A DNA stretch of 64,000 nucleotides from Bacilli bacterium (GCA_017887425.1 JAGHHZ010000024.1:49534-113533); one strand, 5' to 3'; positions 47,854 through 57,498 are shown, counted from the first letter of the stretch. Numbers and translations are program-made. The notes: generated by a model from the sequence alone, not told the origin.

Positions 47854-49764
47854 ATGTTTTTTAAAAATATTCATATCAGAATCAAAATAGTAATGTTATT
47901 AATATTTTTTCTATTTGCTCTAATTATTGGTAAAGTATTTTATATCCAAGTTTTTTCTTATGAAAAATTAAATAATTATGCAACTGGTTTATGGAGTAGA
48001 AATTTACCTATTGAAGCTAATCGCGGTAAGATTTATGATAGAAACGGTGTAGTACTTGCTGATAATGTTACAACAACTTCTTTAGTTTTGATTCCCAATC
48101 AAATTGAAGATAAGGAAAAAACGGCTGAATTAATTGCTCCAATTTTAGGGATAAGTTATGAAGATATGTATGCTCATGTTAGTAAAAAAACATCGATAGA
48201 AAGAGTTCATCCTGAAGGAAGAAGATTAGATTATGAAACAGCCGATAAAATTAGTGATTTAGAACTACCAGGAGTATATTTATTAAAAGAAAGTAAAAGA
48301 TATTATCCTTATGGAGAAATGTTAGCTCATACTTTAGGTTTTGTTGGTATCGATAATCAAGGCTTATCAGGTTTAGAACTTATGTATGATGAATATCTAA
48401 CTGGTAGTTATGGTGCTATTAAATATTTCAGTGATGCGAAAGGTAATAAATTAGAACTATCAGAAATCTATGAGCAACCACAAGATGGCATCGATATTTA
48501 TTTAACGATAGATTATAATATTCAAATAGCTTTAGAAAGAGAATTGGATAATGTTATTAGTAAATATAATCCCGATCAGGCATTAGGAATTGTTATGGAT
48601 CCTAAGACAGGAGAAGTTTTAGCTATCGCATCACGTCCTTCTTTTGATCCTAGTAACTATGAAGATTATAGTACGGAAACAATCAATCGTAATTTACCAA
48701 TTTGGATGACTTATGAGCCAGGTAGTACTTTTAAAATAATAACTTTGGCTACAGCTTTAGAAGAAAATTTAGTTGATTTAGAAGAAGAACATTTTTATGA
48801 TGGCGGAGCAGTAACGGTAGGTGGTGCAACTATTCACTGCTGGAAACATGGTGGACATGGTGATCAAACATTTTTACAAGTTGTTGAAAATTCTTGTAAT
48901 CCAGGATTTGTTGATTTAGGTTTACGAATTGGTAAAGAAACTTTATTTAATTATATCGATAATTTTGGCTTTGGAGAAGTTACTGGTATTGATTTAAATG
49001 GTGAAGCAAGTGGTATTATTTTTGATATTGATAAAATAGGTGATTTGGAATTAGCAACAACGTCTTTTGGCCAAGGTGTGTCGGTTACGCCCATTCAACA
49101 AGTAACAGCTGTTAGTGCGGCTATTAATGGTGGAACATTATATACTCCTTATATTGTTAAAAGTTTAAATGAACCAGAAACTAATAGTATCATTGTGAAT
49201 AACGAACCTAAGGTAGTTAGAAAAGTAATAAGTGAAAATACTAGTGCCAAAGTAAGGTATGCTTTAGAAAGTGTTGTGGCTAATGGAACTGGAAGAAATG
49301 CTTATATTGCTAATTATCGAGTAGGTGGTAAAACAGGAACAGCCCAAAAAGTTCAAGATGGTAAATATTTAGTTGGAAATTATATTACTTCTTTCATGGG
49401 ATTTTTACCAGCTGATGATCCGGAAGTAGTAGTTTATGTAGCTATTGATAATGCAAAAGGAGTTACGCAATATGGTGGAACAATTGCAGCACCAATTGCT
49501 AAAAATGTCTTAAATGCTGCTATATCAGCTTTAGAAATCGAAGAAAGATATGATGGGATGACTAAAGAATATAACTATGGTGATAAAAGGTATTATACTT
49601 TACCTAACGTTGTTGGAATGGATACGAAAGAAGCAGTTACTAATTTAAAACCTTTTAAAGTTGAGTTTAGTGGTAGTGGTAGTAAAGTGATTTATCAATC
49701 ACCATCTACCAATAGCTATATGCAAGAAGGCGAAGTAGTAAGATTAATGCTAGGAGGAGATTAA
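47854..49764 (+). CDS. Class B penicillin-binding protein (FtsI/SpoVD-like transpeptidase) with one C-terminal PASTA domain
   Basis: N-terminal TM helix. Transpeptidase motifs (STFK, SCN, KTGTA). The C-terminal PASTA is TLPNVVGMDTKEAVTNLK. Confidence 0.88.
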   Translation: MFFKNIHIRIKIVMLLIFFLFALIIGKVFYIQVFSYEKLNNYATGLWSRNLPIEANRGKIYDRNGVVLADNVTTTSLVLIPNQIEDKEKTAELIAPILGISYEDMYAHVSKKTSIERVHPEGRRLDYETADKISDLELPGVYLLKESKRYYPYGEMLAHTLGFVGIDNQGLSGLELMYDEYLTGSYGAIKYFSDAKGNKLELSEIYEQPQDGIDIYLTIDYNIQIALERELDNVISKYNPDQALGIVMDPKTGEVLAIASRPSFDPSNYEDYSTETINRNLPIWMTYEPGSTFKIITLATALEENLVDLEEEHFYDGGAVTVGGATIHCWKHGGHGDQTFLQVVENSCNPGFVDLGLRIGKETLFNYIDNFGFGEVTGIDLNGEASGIIFDIDKIGDLELATTSFGQGVSVTPIQQVTAVSAAINGGTLYTPYIVKSLNEPETNSIIVNNEPKVVRKVISENTSAKVRYALESVVANGTGRNAYIANYRVGGKTGTAQKVQDGKYLVGNYITSFMGFLPADDPEVVVYVAIDNAKGVTQYGGTIAAPIAKNVLNAAISALEIEERYDGMTKEYNYGDKRYYTLPNVVGMDTKEAVTNLKPFKVEFSGSGSKVIYQSPSTNSYMQEGEVVRLMLGGD

Positions 49765-49765
49765 T

Positions 49766-50758
49766 TTGTTAATTTTAACTAAAGTAGCATTTGTCGTCAT
49801 GTTTAGTTTTATCATTTCTCTTATATTAGGATATATTTTAATACCAATTTTAAAAAAGAAAAAACTAGATCAAGTTTTAAATCGTTTTTTAGAAGAGAAA
49901 CACAAAAAGAAACATGGAACGCCGACAATGGGAGGAATTATTTTTATTGTTCCTTCTTTGATAATTGTTTTATTACTTTTATTATTTAATAAAATTGAAA
50001 TAAATTATAGTTTGTTAATAGTCTTATTTACTTTTATAAGTTATAGTTTGATTGGATTTATCGATGATTATTTAATTATTAAAAGACATAATAATAATGG
50101 TTTAAGTGAAAGTACTAAATTTGTTATGCAGTTGTTTGTTGCGGTTATATTTTTTTATTTATTTATGAAAGCTGGTAACGAACCATTACTTTGGATTCAC
50201 ACCTTAAATTTAAGATTAGATATTGGGTGGTTATATGGCTTATTTATTCTATTTGTTTTGGTAGCGGCAAGTAATGCTGTTAATTTAACCGATGGGTTAG
50301 ATGGTTTAGCAGGAGGTTTGTCTTTAATCGCCTTTTTAACTTTTGGAATAATAACTTATAATACTGGTTGGTTAGAAGGTTATGAAAGCGTTGCTTTATT
50401 TTGTTTTGCTTTAGTGGGAAGTATCTTAGGATTTTTAGTATTTAATGTTAATCCGGCTAAAATATTTATGGGCGATACCGGTTCACTTGCTTTAGGAGCA
50501 ACATTAGGAAGCATTGCTATTATAACAAGGCATGAGTTATTATTAGTTTTAATAGGAATAGTTTTTGTAATTGAAACACTAACTTGTATTATTCAAAGAA
50601 TATATTATAAATTTACTAAAAAAAGATTATTTTTAATGACACCAATTCATCATTCTTTTGAAAAAAGAGGTTGGCAAGAAGGAGATATTGTTAAATTGTT
50701 TTGGATTATTGGGTTAATTGCTTCTTTATTAGCGTTAACTTTTGGGGTAATAATATAG
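49766..50758 (+). CDS. mraY: Phospho-N-acetylmuramoyl-pentapeptide transferase
   Basis: TTG start. Motifs GFIDD, NAVNLTDGLDGLA, FMGDTGSL, HHHFE-like HHSFE. Confidence 0.9.
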   Translation: MLILTKVAFVVMFSFIISLILGYILIPILKKKKLDQVLNRFLEEKHKKKHGTPTMGGIIFIVPSLIIVLLLLLFNKIEINYSLLIVLFTFISYSLIGFIDDYLIIKRHNNNGLSESTKFVMQLFVAVIFFYLFMKAGNEPLLWIHTLNLRLDIGWLYGLFILFVLVAASNAVNLTDGLDGLAGGLSLIAFLTFGIITYNTGWLEGYESVALFCFALVGSILGFLVFNVNPAKIFMGDTGSLALGATLGSIAIITRHELLLVLIGIVFVIETLTCIIQRIYYKFTKKRLFLMTPIHHSFEKRGWQEGDIVKLFWIIGLIASLLALTFGVII

Positions 50759-50815
50759 CAACTATTTTTAGTTGTTTTTTTAAATGTTTTATTATAAAAT
50801 ATAGTTGGTGAGAAT

Positions 50816-51712
50816 ATGAATACTAGTGAAATGAAAATATTACTAACTAAGTATGTTTCATTTATTGATGGGATAAGTTTAAAGTATCAATATCCTGATA
50901 ATATTAAACATTTATTATATGTTATAGTGCCAGCTTTTGTTATAAAATATGGTTTAAAAAGAGAGCATTTTATTCTTAATTGTTTAAGTGAAATTCCAAT
51001 TGTTATAACGGGTAAAGAAGATCCAAGATATCAAGCTTTATATGTAAGTTATCCATATAAAGATAATACAATTAAAACTAAAAAACGTATTTATTTAAAT
51101 CGTTATAATAACATTCCGTTTTTACAATTAATCGATAATTTAGTTCATGAATTTAACCATGCTATTAATTCCTTTAAAAATGAAGTTACTATTAAAGATG
51201 ATATTTTTTATTTAAGAACGGGTTTAGCAAAAACTAGTTTTAATAAAGATACTTTAGAAATAATCGAAAAAGAAAAAACTTATGTTTTAGAAGAAATAAT
51301 TAATTCAAAACAAACGGAATTGATTATCGATATTATTAAAAAATTAAAAGATTTAAATATTGAAGATGTAAGAATTCAAAATACTTTAGAAGCAGTTAAA
51401 AATAGTGTCGATGACAAATATATCTCTTCATCTTATTTTTCAATGAAATATTATTGCCAAGAATTATTGAATAATAAAACATTTTTATTAACAATAGAGA
51501 ACTTAAGAATTGACGGTAATATCGATGATATTGAATATTGGTTTGATGGAATTTATGGTGATAAAGGATATAAAACATTAGTTAATTTATTATATCAGAT
51601 GATAGAGTTGCAAAATAAAAAAGGATTTTTTGTTAAAAGAAAAATCAAAGATACTGCTTTACAATTAGTTAAAATGAGTAAACAATTTAATCAAAATTGT
51701 AATTTGAAATAA
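50816..51712 (+). CDS. Hypothetical protein with an HExxH motif, inserted in the dcw cluster
   Basis: 298 aa. LVHEFNHAI is a possible zincin motif. No other recognisable domain. Confidence 0.4.
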   Translation: MNTSEMKILLTKYVSFIDGISLKYQYPDNIKHLLYVIVPAFVIKYGLKREHFILNCLSEIPIVITGKEDPRYQALYVSYPYKDNTIKTKKRIYLNRYNNIPFLQLIDNLVHEFNHAINSFKNEVTIKDDIFYLRTGLAKTSFNKDTLEIIEKEKTYVLEEIINSKQTELIIDIIKKLKDLNIEDVRIQNTLEAVKNSVDDKYISSSYFSMKYYCQELLNNKTFLLTIENLRIDGNIDDIEYWFDGIYGDKGYKTLVNLLYQMIELQNKKGFFVKRKIKDTALQLVKMSKQFNQNCNLK

Positions 51713-51747
51713 TTTGTGTTATAATCTTTGTAATTTTGGGGGTTATT

Positions 51748-52611
51748 ATGGAAGATGTTATAAAAATAGAAATTGTAAACAAAGGATTTCCTATTTACCA
51801 CAGTCAATATCTTGATTGGACAATTAGATTGGCGCAAATGAAAAAGAAAGATAAAGAAAAGATTTATCAATTATATAAAACATTGTTATCGTTAGTTGGG
51901 GAAGATTGCATTGCTGAACACTTACATTTTTTTATAAATGATAAGCCATTTCTTTATGAAAATATTCAAAATTTTGATATTGATGTAATGATAGAAAATC
52001 TAGTTAAATTAGATAAGATGCCATTTGAACAAGGAAAGATTTCTATTCATTTAAATCAAATGGTAAAGGAAAGTAAAAAAGAAGTTTTAGATACTTCTAA
52101 AGAACCCTTAAATTTATCTTATTTAAAACGAGTAAAAGAAATGGCCGAAAAAACAGATTATCCTTGCTTTTATTATTATCAAGTGCCAGTTCAGAAAGAA
52201 GAATTATTTGAAATATCTAAAGATAGTAATGGTTATAGATATTTAAAAATCAAAAAAGTTTATTTACCATATTTAAGATATTTAGATTTATCTAAAATTA
52301 ATTTTCAAAATGTTGATTTACGAGGAATCGATTTATCCTATACTAATATTAGCGATATCGATTTTTCTTCTCTTTATCAAAATAGTTTAGAAAATACTAA
52401 TTTTGAAGGTGTTGTTTTGCTTAGTAATACTTTATCTAATATTAATGCTAAAAAATCTAATTTGTGTGGAACATTTTTATCTATTGATATTACAACAACC
52501 AATATTGATAAGGCTAAACTTGATGATAGTGTTACTATATTATCTAATAATCATGTTTTTAGAAAAACTATTAAAAGTAGAAATAATATAAATTGTCGTC
52601 TTCATTTTTAA
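51748..52611 (+). CDS. Pentapeptide-repeat protein
   Basis: The C-terminal half has tandem A(D/N)LxX-type pentapeptides (LSKINFQNVDLRGIDLSYTNISDIDFSSL..NTNFEGVVLLSNTLSNINAKKSNLCGTFLS). The Met at 51748 follows GGGGG. Confidence 0.55.
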   Translation: MEDVIKIEIVNKGFPIYHSQYLDWTIRLAQMKKKDKEKIYQLYKTLLSLVGEDCIAEHLHFFINDKPFLYENIQNFDIDVMIENLVKLDKMPFEQGKISIHLNQMVKESKKEVLDTSKEPLNLSYLKRVKEMAEKTDYPCFYYYQVPVQKEELFEISKDSNGYRYLKIKKVYLPYLRYLDLSKINFQNVDLRGIDLSYTNISDIDFSSLYQNSLENTNFEGVVLLSNTLSNINAKKSNLCGTFLSIDITTTNIDKAKLDDSVTILSNNHVFRKTIKSRNNINCRLHF

Positions 52612-52691
52612 CTCGATTTTATAATCGAGTTTTTAATTTTGTGAATTTCTAAAACATATTTTTCTGCATAAACTTATTATGAGGGATAAAC

Positions 52692-53774
52692 ATGAAAAAA
52701 ATAGATTGGACTTTATTAATAAGCGTTATTATAATAAGTATTTTTGGAGTTTTAATGATTTATTCAGCTTCTTATATTTGGGCAGAATATAAATATGGTG
52801 ATGCCTTAAAATATGTTAAAAATCAGGGACTTTTTTTTATAGTTGGAATTATTTTAATGATAATAATTAGCAAAATCGATTATAAAATATATTTAAAAAA
52901 GTCTAATCTAATTTTATTGACTTGTTTAATTTTACTAGTTTTAGTTTTAATTCCTGGAATAGGTACAGTTAGAAATGGTAGTCGCAGTTGGTTTGGAATA
53001 GGTTCTTTTGGTATTCAACCGAGTGAATTTACTAAATTAGGTCTTATTATTTTCGTTTCTAAATATTTAGCTTGCAATGAAAAAGCAACTAAAAATTTTA
53101 AAGGTATTTTACCTGTCTTAGGATTATTAGTTTTAGTATTTGGACTTATTATGTTACAACCGGATTTTGGAACTGGAACTATTATTGTTATGTCGATAGT
53201 TGGTTTATTGTTTGTCGGTGGCGTTAATTTTAAATATTTTATTAGGTTAGGAATAGTTGGAGTTATTGGAATAGTTGGTCTAATATTGGCTGCTCCATAT
53301 CGACTAAGTCGTATATTATCTTTTTTAAATCCTTGGAGTGATCCTTTAGGAAGTGGCTTTCAAATTATTCAAAGTTTATATGCAATTGGTCCAGGAGGTC
53401 TATTTGGTTTTGGAATAGGTAATTCTAGACAAAAACACTTTTTTCTACCTGAACCACAAACAGATTTTATTTTTTCAATTATCAGTGAAGAATTAGGATT
53501 TTTAGGCTGTGTGATTGTCGTCGGTTTATTTATAACTATTTGTTATACAGGATTTAAAATATCCAAAAATTGTAATGATAGATTTGGAAAGTATTTATCT
53601 TTTGGAATTATTTTTCAAATTGCTTTTCAAGCCTGTTTGAATTTAATGGTTGTTGTCGGATTAATACCAGTAACAGGTGTAACGCTTCCTTTTCTATCGT
53701 ATGGTGGCTCATCTTTATTAATTACTTTATGCAGTATTGGAATAGTTTTAAATGTTTCTAGATTTCAAAGATGA
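52692..53774 (+). CDS. ftsW: SEDS-family peptidoglycan glycosyltransferase (FtsW/RodA/SpoVE)
   Basis: 10-TM SEDS protein with conserved QPSEFTK, PDFGT and LPEPQTDFIFS motifs. Confidence 0.88.
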   Translation: MKKIDWTLLISVIIISIFGVLMIYSASYIWAEYKYGDALKYVKNQGLFFIVGIILMIIISKIDYKIYLKKSNLILLTCLILLVLVLIPGIGTVRNGSRSWFGIGSFGIQPSEFTKLGLIIFVSKYLACNEKATKNFKGILPVLGLLVLVFGLIMLQPDFGTGTIIVMSIVGLLFVGGVNFKYFIRLGIVGVIGIVGLILAAPYRLSRILSFLNPWSDPLGSGFQIIQSLYAIGPGGLFGFGIGNSRQKHFFLPEPQTDFIFSIISEELGFLGCVIVVGLFITICYTGFKISKNCNDRFGKYLSFGIIFQIAFQACLNLMVVVGLIPVTGVTLPFLSYGGSSLLITLCSIGIVLNVSRFQR

Positions 53775-53994
53775 TTGATTTGGTAGATAAAGTGTATTAT
53801 GTTATTATAAAACAACTTTGAAAGAAGTGGTTTTATGCATGCTAATAATTTAGAAAAATCGATAGAATTATTAGAACAGTTATCTAATGTTTTTATAGCA
53901 TTTTTAATAAACGAAATTTCTTTGATATTAATAATATAATTAATGTTATAGCATTTCTTAAAAAAATGCTATAATATTAATAGAGGTATGTTGT

Positions 53995-54918
53995 ATGCGA
54001 ATTTTACATTGTTTTAACTGGCGTTTAACTGATATTATTCCTATTTTAGAAGATGTTAAAAGCCAAGGGTTTGATGCTATTCAAATCAATCCGATTCAAC
54101 CATTAAAAGAAGAAGGGTTAAAAGAGTGGTGGATGTCTTATCAACCAATCGACTTTAGTATTGGTAATTATTTTGGAACAAAAAAAGACTTAATCAAATT
54201 ATGTGAGGAAGCTGATAAGTATGGTTTAAGAATTTTTTCTGATGTTGTGATTAATCATATGGGTGCAGCTATCGATGATAATTTTAAACCGCATCCTAAA
54301 GTCAATTATCAATTACAAAAAGATGAGTATTGGCGCCCAAAAATTAAAGTTAGCGATTGGAAAAATAGGCAAGATGTCATTCATAATTGTATTAATTTGC
54401 CAGGTTTAAATGTATATCATCCATTTGTCGAAGATATGATTGTAAAATTTTTAAATGAACTAATTGATTGTGGAGTAACTGGATTTAGATTTGATGCTGC
54501 TAAATCGATTGGACTTCCAAGTGAAGGTTATCGTTTTTGGCCAAATATAATTTATCGTTTAAAAAAATATGGTTTATTTTTATATGGGGAAGTCATTTTT
54601 GAAGAGGATATTAAAGTACGAGACGAATATGCTTTATATATGCATATTTTGGGTAATTATGATTGTAGTAATCCTGATCAAATGGTAAAATATATTGAAA
54701 ATCATGATACTTTTTTAAGTGATGATGAATTAGGTTATAGCAAAAACTGGCCTAGTTCATTAATAATTAACGAATATAGTAATTTAGTCAAACATTATCA
54801 GAATACTTTATTTTATATGCGCCCATTTGATGATTCTTGGAAAGATGAAAAAATTAAAAACGCTCATAGTATTACTAAAGAGAAAATTAAAATATTAGAA
54901 TTTATGAAAGGAAAATAG
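53995..54918 (+). CDS. Compact GH13-family alpha-amylase-like protein (307 aa)
   Basis: GH13 conserved regions I (DVVINHMG), II (GFRFDAAKSI), III (LYGEVIFEE) and IV (YIENHDTF) are all present in a short polypeptide. Confidence 0.6.
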   Translation: MRILHCFNWRLTDIIPILEDVKSQGFDAIQINPIQPLKEEGLKEWWMSYQPIDFSIGNYFGTKKDLIKLCEEADKYGLRIFSDVVINHMGAAIDDNFKPHPKVNYQLQKDEYWRPKIKVSDWKNRQDVIHNCINLPGLNVYHPFVEDMIVKFLNELIDCGVTGFRFDAAKSIGLPSEGYRFWPNIIYRLKKYGLFLYGEVIFEEDIKVRDEYALYMHILGNYDCSNPDQMVKYIENHDTFLSDDELGYSKNWPSSLIINEYSNLVKHYQNTLFYMRPFDDSWKDEKIKNAHSITKEKIKILEFMKGK

Positions 54919-54920
54919 AA

Positions 54921-55595
54921 ATGATTAAATCTAAACATCAAGGACTGTTAGTTGTTATTTCAGCTCCATCGGGAGCAGGTAAGGGAAGTATTATAAATGA
55001 AATGCTCAACAAAGATAATAATTTATGGTTATCTATTTCTGCTACTAGTCGTCCTATTCGTACTAATGATGAAGAAGGAGTAACTTATTATTTTTTTACT
55101 AAAGAAGAATTTGAAGAAAAAATTAAAGAAGATTACTTTTTAGAATATGCTACTTATGCAGGAAATTATTATGGTACTCCAAAAGAACACATTCAAAAAC
55201 ATTTAGATAAAGGGCAAGATGTTATTTTAGAAATTGAAATTCAGGGAGCAATGCAAGTAAAAAAATTAATTCCTGAAGCATTATGTGTTTTTATTATGCC
55301 ACCATCATTAAAAGAACTAAAAAAAAGATTAGTTACTAGAGGAACTGATAATAAAGATAAAATCTTAGAACGTTTTAAAATAGCTTATCAAGAGATGAAT
55401 GAAGTTACTAAATATAACTATGTAGTTATTAATGATGATATTGATGTTGCAAGTGATAAAATATTATCGATTATTAAAGCTGAAAAATGTCGTGTCGATC
55501 GAATTGAAGAAGTCTTTTTAAATAATGAAGAAGAATATATGCACGAAATGTTATTAGAAGAAGATTTTGACAATAGCCCATTAAAAATAGAATGA
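54921..55595 (+). CDS. gmk: Guanylate kinase
   Basis: P-loop ISAPSGAGKGS and SATSRP..E..G..Y.F, collinear with Gmk. Confidence 0.88.
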   Translation: MIKSKHQGLLVVISAPSGAGKGSIINEMLNKDNNLWLSISATSRPIRTNDEEGVTYYFFTKEEFEEKIKEDYFLEYATYAGNYYGTPKEHIQKHLDKGQDVILEIEIQGAMQVKKLIPEALCVFIMPPSLKELKKRLVTRGTDNKDKILERFKIAYQEMNEVTKYNYVVINDDIDVASDKILSIIKAEKCRVDRIEEVFLNNEEEYMHEMLLEEDFDNSPLKIE

Positions 55596-55598
55596 AAA

Positions 55599-55624
55599 AA
55601 ATATGGATTGCTCCATATTTTTTT
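55599..55624. terminator. Bidirectional terminator between gmk (+) and the collagen-like gene (-)
   Basis: AAATATGGA-ttgc-TCCATATTT hairpin with an A-run upstream and a T-run downstream. Confidence 0.6.
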
Positions 55625-56411
55625 AGTTAATTCTTGTTATAGAAACGCTGGCAGAGTATAGATTATTTGGTACTAATTCGAAATCATTATATGAGGTGTT
55701 AATGAATCTATAGCTTGCTCCAGGAAGTGCTTCAAATATAGCATTACCATTAATTGTACCAGTTTCACAACATGAAAGTTTATTGTGGGTTGAAGAGTGT
55801 GCGATTAAAATGTCTTCTGGCCAGAATTGGTGAAATTCTATTCCTAGCGGTTTTTCTTCGCAATTGAAGTTATCATTTTTATGACTTCTAACATTTACCC
55901 ACCAATGGACGATATAGATTCCAGCTTCTGGAATAGAAAAGTCTCCAGTTGCAGGATTATATGTGATTTTGTTGGAAATGTTAGTATTTTGGAATAAAAT
56001 AGGGTTTTGTGATTGAACTGTAGAATTAGATCTATCGTGAACCATTGCATAACTATCTAAATTAATTCCAGGTCCAGCAGGTCCAGTAGGTCCAGTTGCA
56101 CCAGTCGCACCACTAGGTCCAGTAGGTCCAGTAGCACCAGTCGCACCACTAGGTCCAGTAGGTCCAGTGGCACCAGTCGCACCGCTAGGTCCAGTAGGTC
56201 CAGTAGATCCAGTAGCACCAGTAGCACCGCTAGGTCCGGTAGGTCCAGTTGCGCCGGTAGCTCCTCTAGGCCCAGTAGGTCCAGTACATCCACATGGTCC
56301 GGTAGGTCCTTGTTTTTGACGGTCAACTAAACACTTTATAACTTCGCATAAAGGGTTATTTCTACATTCGTCTTTTCTTAAGAATTCTTCAATTTTGTCA
56401 TTCTCGTTCAT
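55623..56411 (-). CDS. BclA-like collagen-repeat protein: short N-terminal domain, about 28 G-X-Y triplets, and a C1q/TNF-like C-terminal domain
   Basis: [33 protein letters not shown]... G-X-Y repeats built from a [12 protein letters not shown] 12-aa unit. The roughly 140-aa C-terminal domain has the beta-rich character of the BclA globular domain. Strong RBS AAAGGAGG. The gene is convergent with gmk. Confidence 0.75.
   Translation of the reverse strand: MNENDKIEEFLRKDECRNNPLCEVIKCLVDRQKQGPTGPCGCTGPTGPRGATGATGPTGPSGATGATGSTGPTGPSGATGATGPTGPSGATGATGPTGPSGATGATGPTGPAGPGINLDSYAMVHDRSNSTVQSQNPILFQNTNISNKITYNPATGDFSIPEAGIYIVHWWVNVRSHKNDNFNCEEKPLGIEFHQFWPEDILIAHSSTHNKLSCCETGTINGNAIFEALPGASYRFINTSYNDFELVPNNLYSASVSITRIN
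56068..56310. repeat. GC-rich tandem 9-bp (GGTCCAGTA-type) and 36-bp repeats encoding the collagen G-X-T triplets
   Basis: A ggtccagtaggtccagtggcaccagtcgcaccgcta unit repeats more than 4 times with single-base variants. Local GC is far above the window average. Confidence 0.85.
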
Positions 56412-56596
56412 CGCTTTTACCTCCTTTCACTTTATGTTATGTTGAATATTGAAAGTTGACTAAACGCATATCTCTTGTTTTAAAATTAAATTTTAAAAAC
56501 TAAACGAGTGTAACAGATATTATAAAATAATCGTAAAAATAGTGTTATTAACCTAATGGTAATTCGATTCAAATATAAAAAAAGTATAAAAAAAGC

Positions 56597-56624
56597 TTGA
56601 CAAACATATAATAAATGGTATAAT
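56597..56624 (+). promoter_or_regulatory. Sigma-A-type promoter of the infC-rpmI-rplT operon
   Basis: TTGACA, 16-nt spacer, TATAAT (near consensus). Confidence 0.6.
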
Positions 56625-56639
56625 TATAGAGAAATGAAG

Positions 56640-56750
56640 AAGGAAAGCGAGTATCCACACTCCACCTGATAGCTATAAGGCTATGGGTTAGTAAGCCGAT
56701 TTAATTGTGTTTATGGTAGGTGGATACTGTTCGTATCTACTTTTTTATTG
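56640..56750 (+). promoter_or_regulatory. infC-rpmI-rplT operon leader (L20-responsive attenuator-type leader) with a terminator-like hairpin
   Basis: Structured leader between the promoter and infC. It ends in a GGATAC-tgttc-GTATC hairpin followed by a T-run (CTACTTTTTTATT). Firmicutes L20 leaders occupy this exact position. Confidence 0.5.
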
Positions 56751-56762
56751 TTGGAGGTGTCA

Positions 56763-57296
56763 ATTATCGCAAATAAATCTAAAGATTCATTAATTAATGA
56801 ACAAATTAAAGCCAAAGAGGTTATGGTTATCGGACCAAATGGTGAACAATTAGGAACTAAAGGAATCAAAGATGCACTAACTTTAGCAAATTATGCTGGA
56901 TTCGATTTAGTTTTAATTAATCCAAATGGTAATCCACCAGTTTGTAAAATCATGGATTACAACAAATTTAAATATGAAAATAAAAAAAGAACTAAAGAGA
57001 ATTTAAAAAAACAAAGAGAAGCTAATTTGGAAATGAAAGAATATCGCTTGTCTGTTACTATCGATGTTCACGATTTTAATACGCGTGTAAAAAACAGTGC
57101 TAAATATTTGGAAAAAGGACATAAAGTAAAAGCTACTATTCGTTTTAAAGGTAGAGAAATGGCTCACCCAGAATTAGGACGTGAAGTTTTAATGCGTTTT
57201 GCTAGTGCCCAAGAAAGTGTAGCGATTATTGAACAACAACCTAAACTAGAAGGACGTATAATGTCGATGATTTTAGGTCCAAAAAAGGAAAAATAG
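56763..57296 (+). CDS. infC: Translation initiation factor IF-3 with a non-canonical AUU (ATT) start codon
   Basis: GGAGGTG RBS followed 5 nt later by ATT ATC GCA AAT AAA. The IF-3 sequence (VMVIGPNGEQLG, C-domain) matches. AUU initiation of infC is a conserved autoregulatory feature. Confidence 0.88.
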   Translation: MIANKSKDSLINEQIKAKEVMVIGPNGEQLGTKGIKDALTLANYAGFDLVLINPNGNPPVCKIMDYNKFKYENKKRTKENLKKQREANLEMKEYRLSVTIDVHDFNTRVKNSAKYLEKGHKVKATIRFKGREMAHPELGREVLMRFASAQESVAIIEQQPKLEGRIMSMILGPKKEK

Positions 57297-57309
57297 GAGG
57301 AATTAAGAT

Positions 57310-57498
57310 ATGCCAAAAATGAAAACTCATAAAGGAACAAGTAAAGTTTGTAAAGTAAGACCAGGTGGAACAATTAAAATTGGTCATCCTGGAACAAGAC
57401 ATAATACAGGAAAGAAAAATGCTGCTAGTAACCGTGCTGGTAGAACAGCATCAACTTTAAGTAATAGCGATTACAAAAGAATTAAGGATTTAATATAA
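57310..57498 (+). CDS. rpmI: 50S ribosomal protein L35
   Basis: MPKMKTHKGTSKVCKVRPGG N-terminus. 62 aa. Confidence 0.92.
   Translation: MPKMKTHKGTSKVCKVRPGGTIKIGHPGTRHNTGKKNAASNRAGRTASTLSNSDYKRIKDLI

Noticed and set aside
56068-56310. Possible CRISPR array or minisatellite in the GC-rich repeat region
   Set aside because: The repeats are contiguous, 9-bp and 36-bp periodic, and maintain an open G-X-Y reading frame. There are no unique spacers. It is a coding collagen repeat, not CRISPR.
56057-56326. 89-aa minus-strand ORF (LLDLLDL...) overlapping the collagen repeat
   Set aside because: It is the alternative frame of the 36-bp tandem repeat inside the collagen-like gene. The low-complexity Leu/Asp periodicity is a repeat artefact, not a gene.
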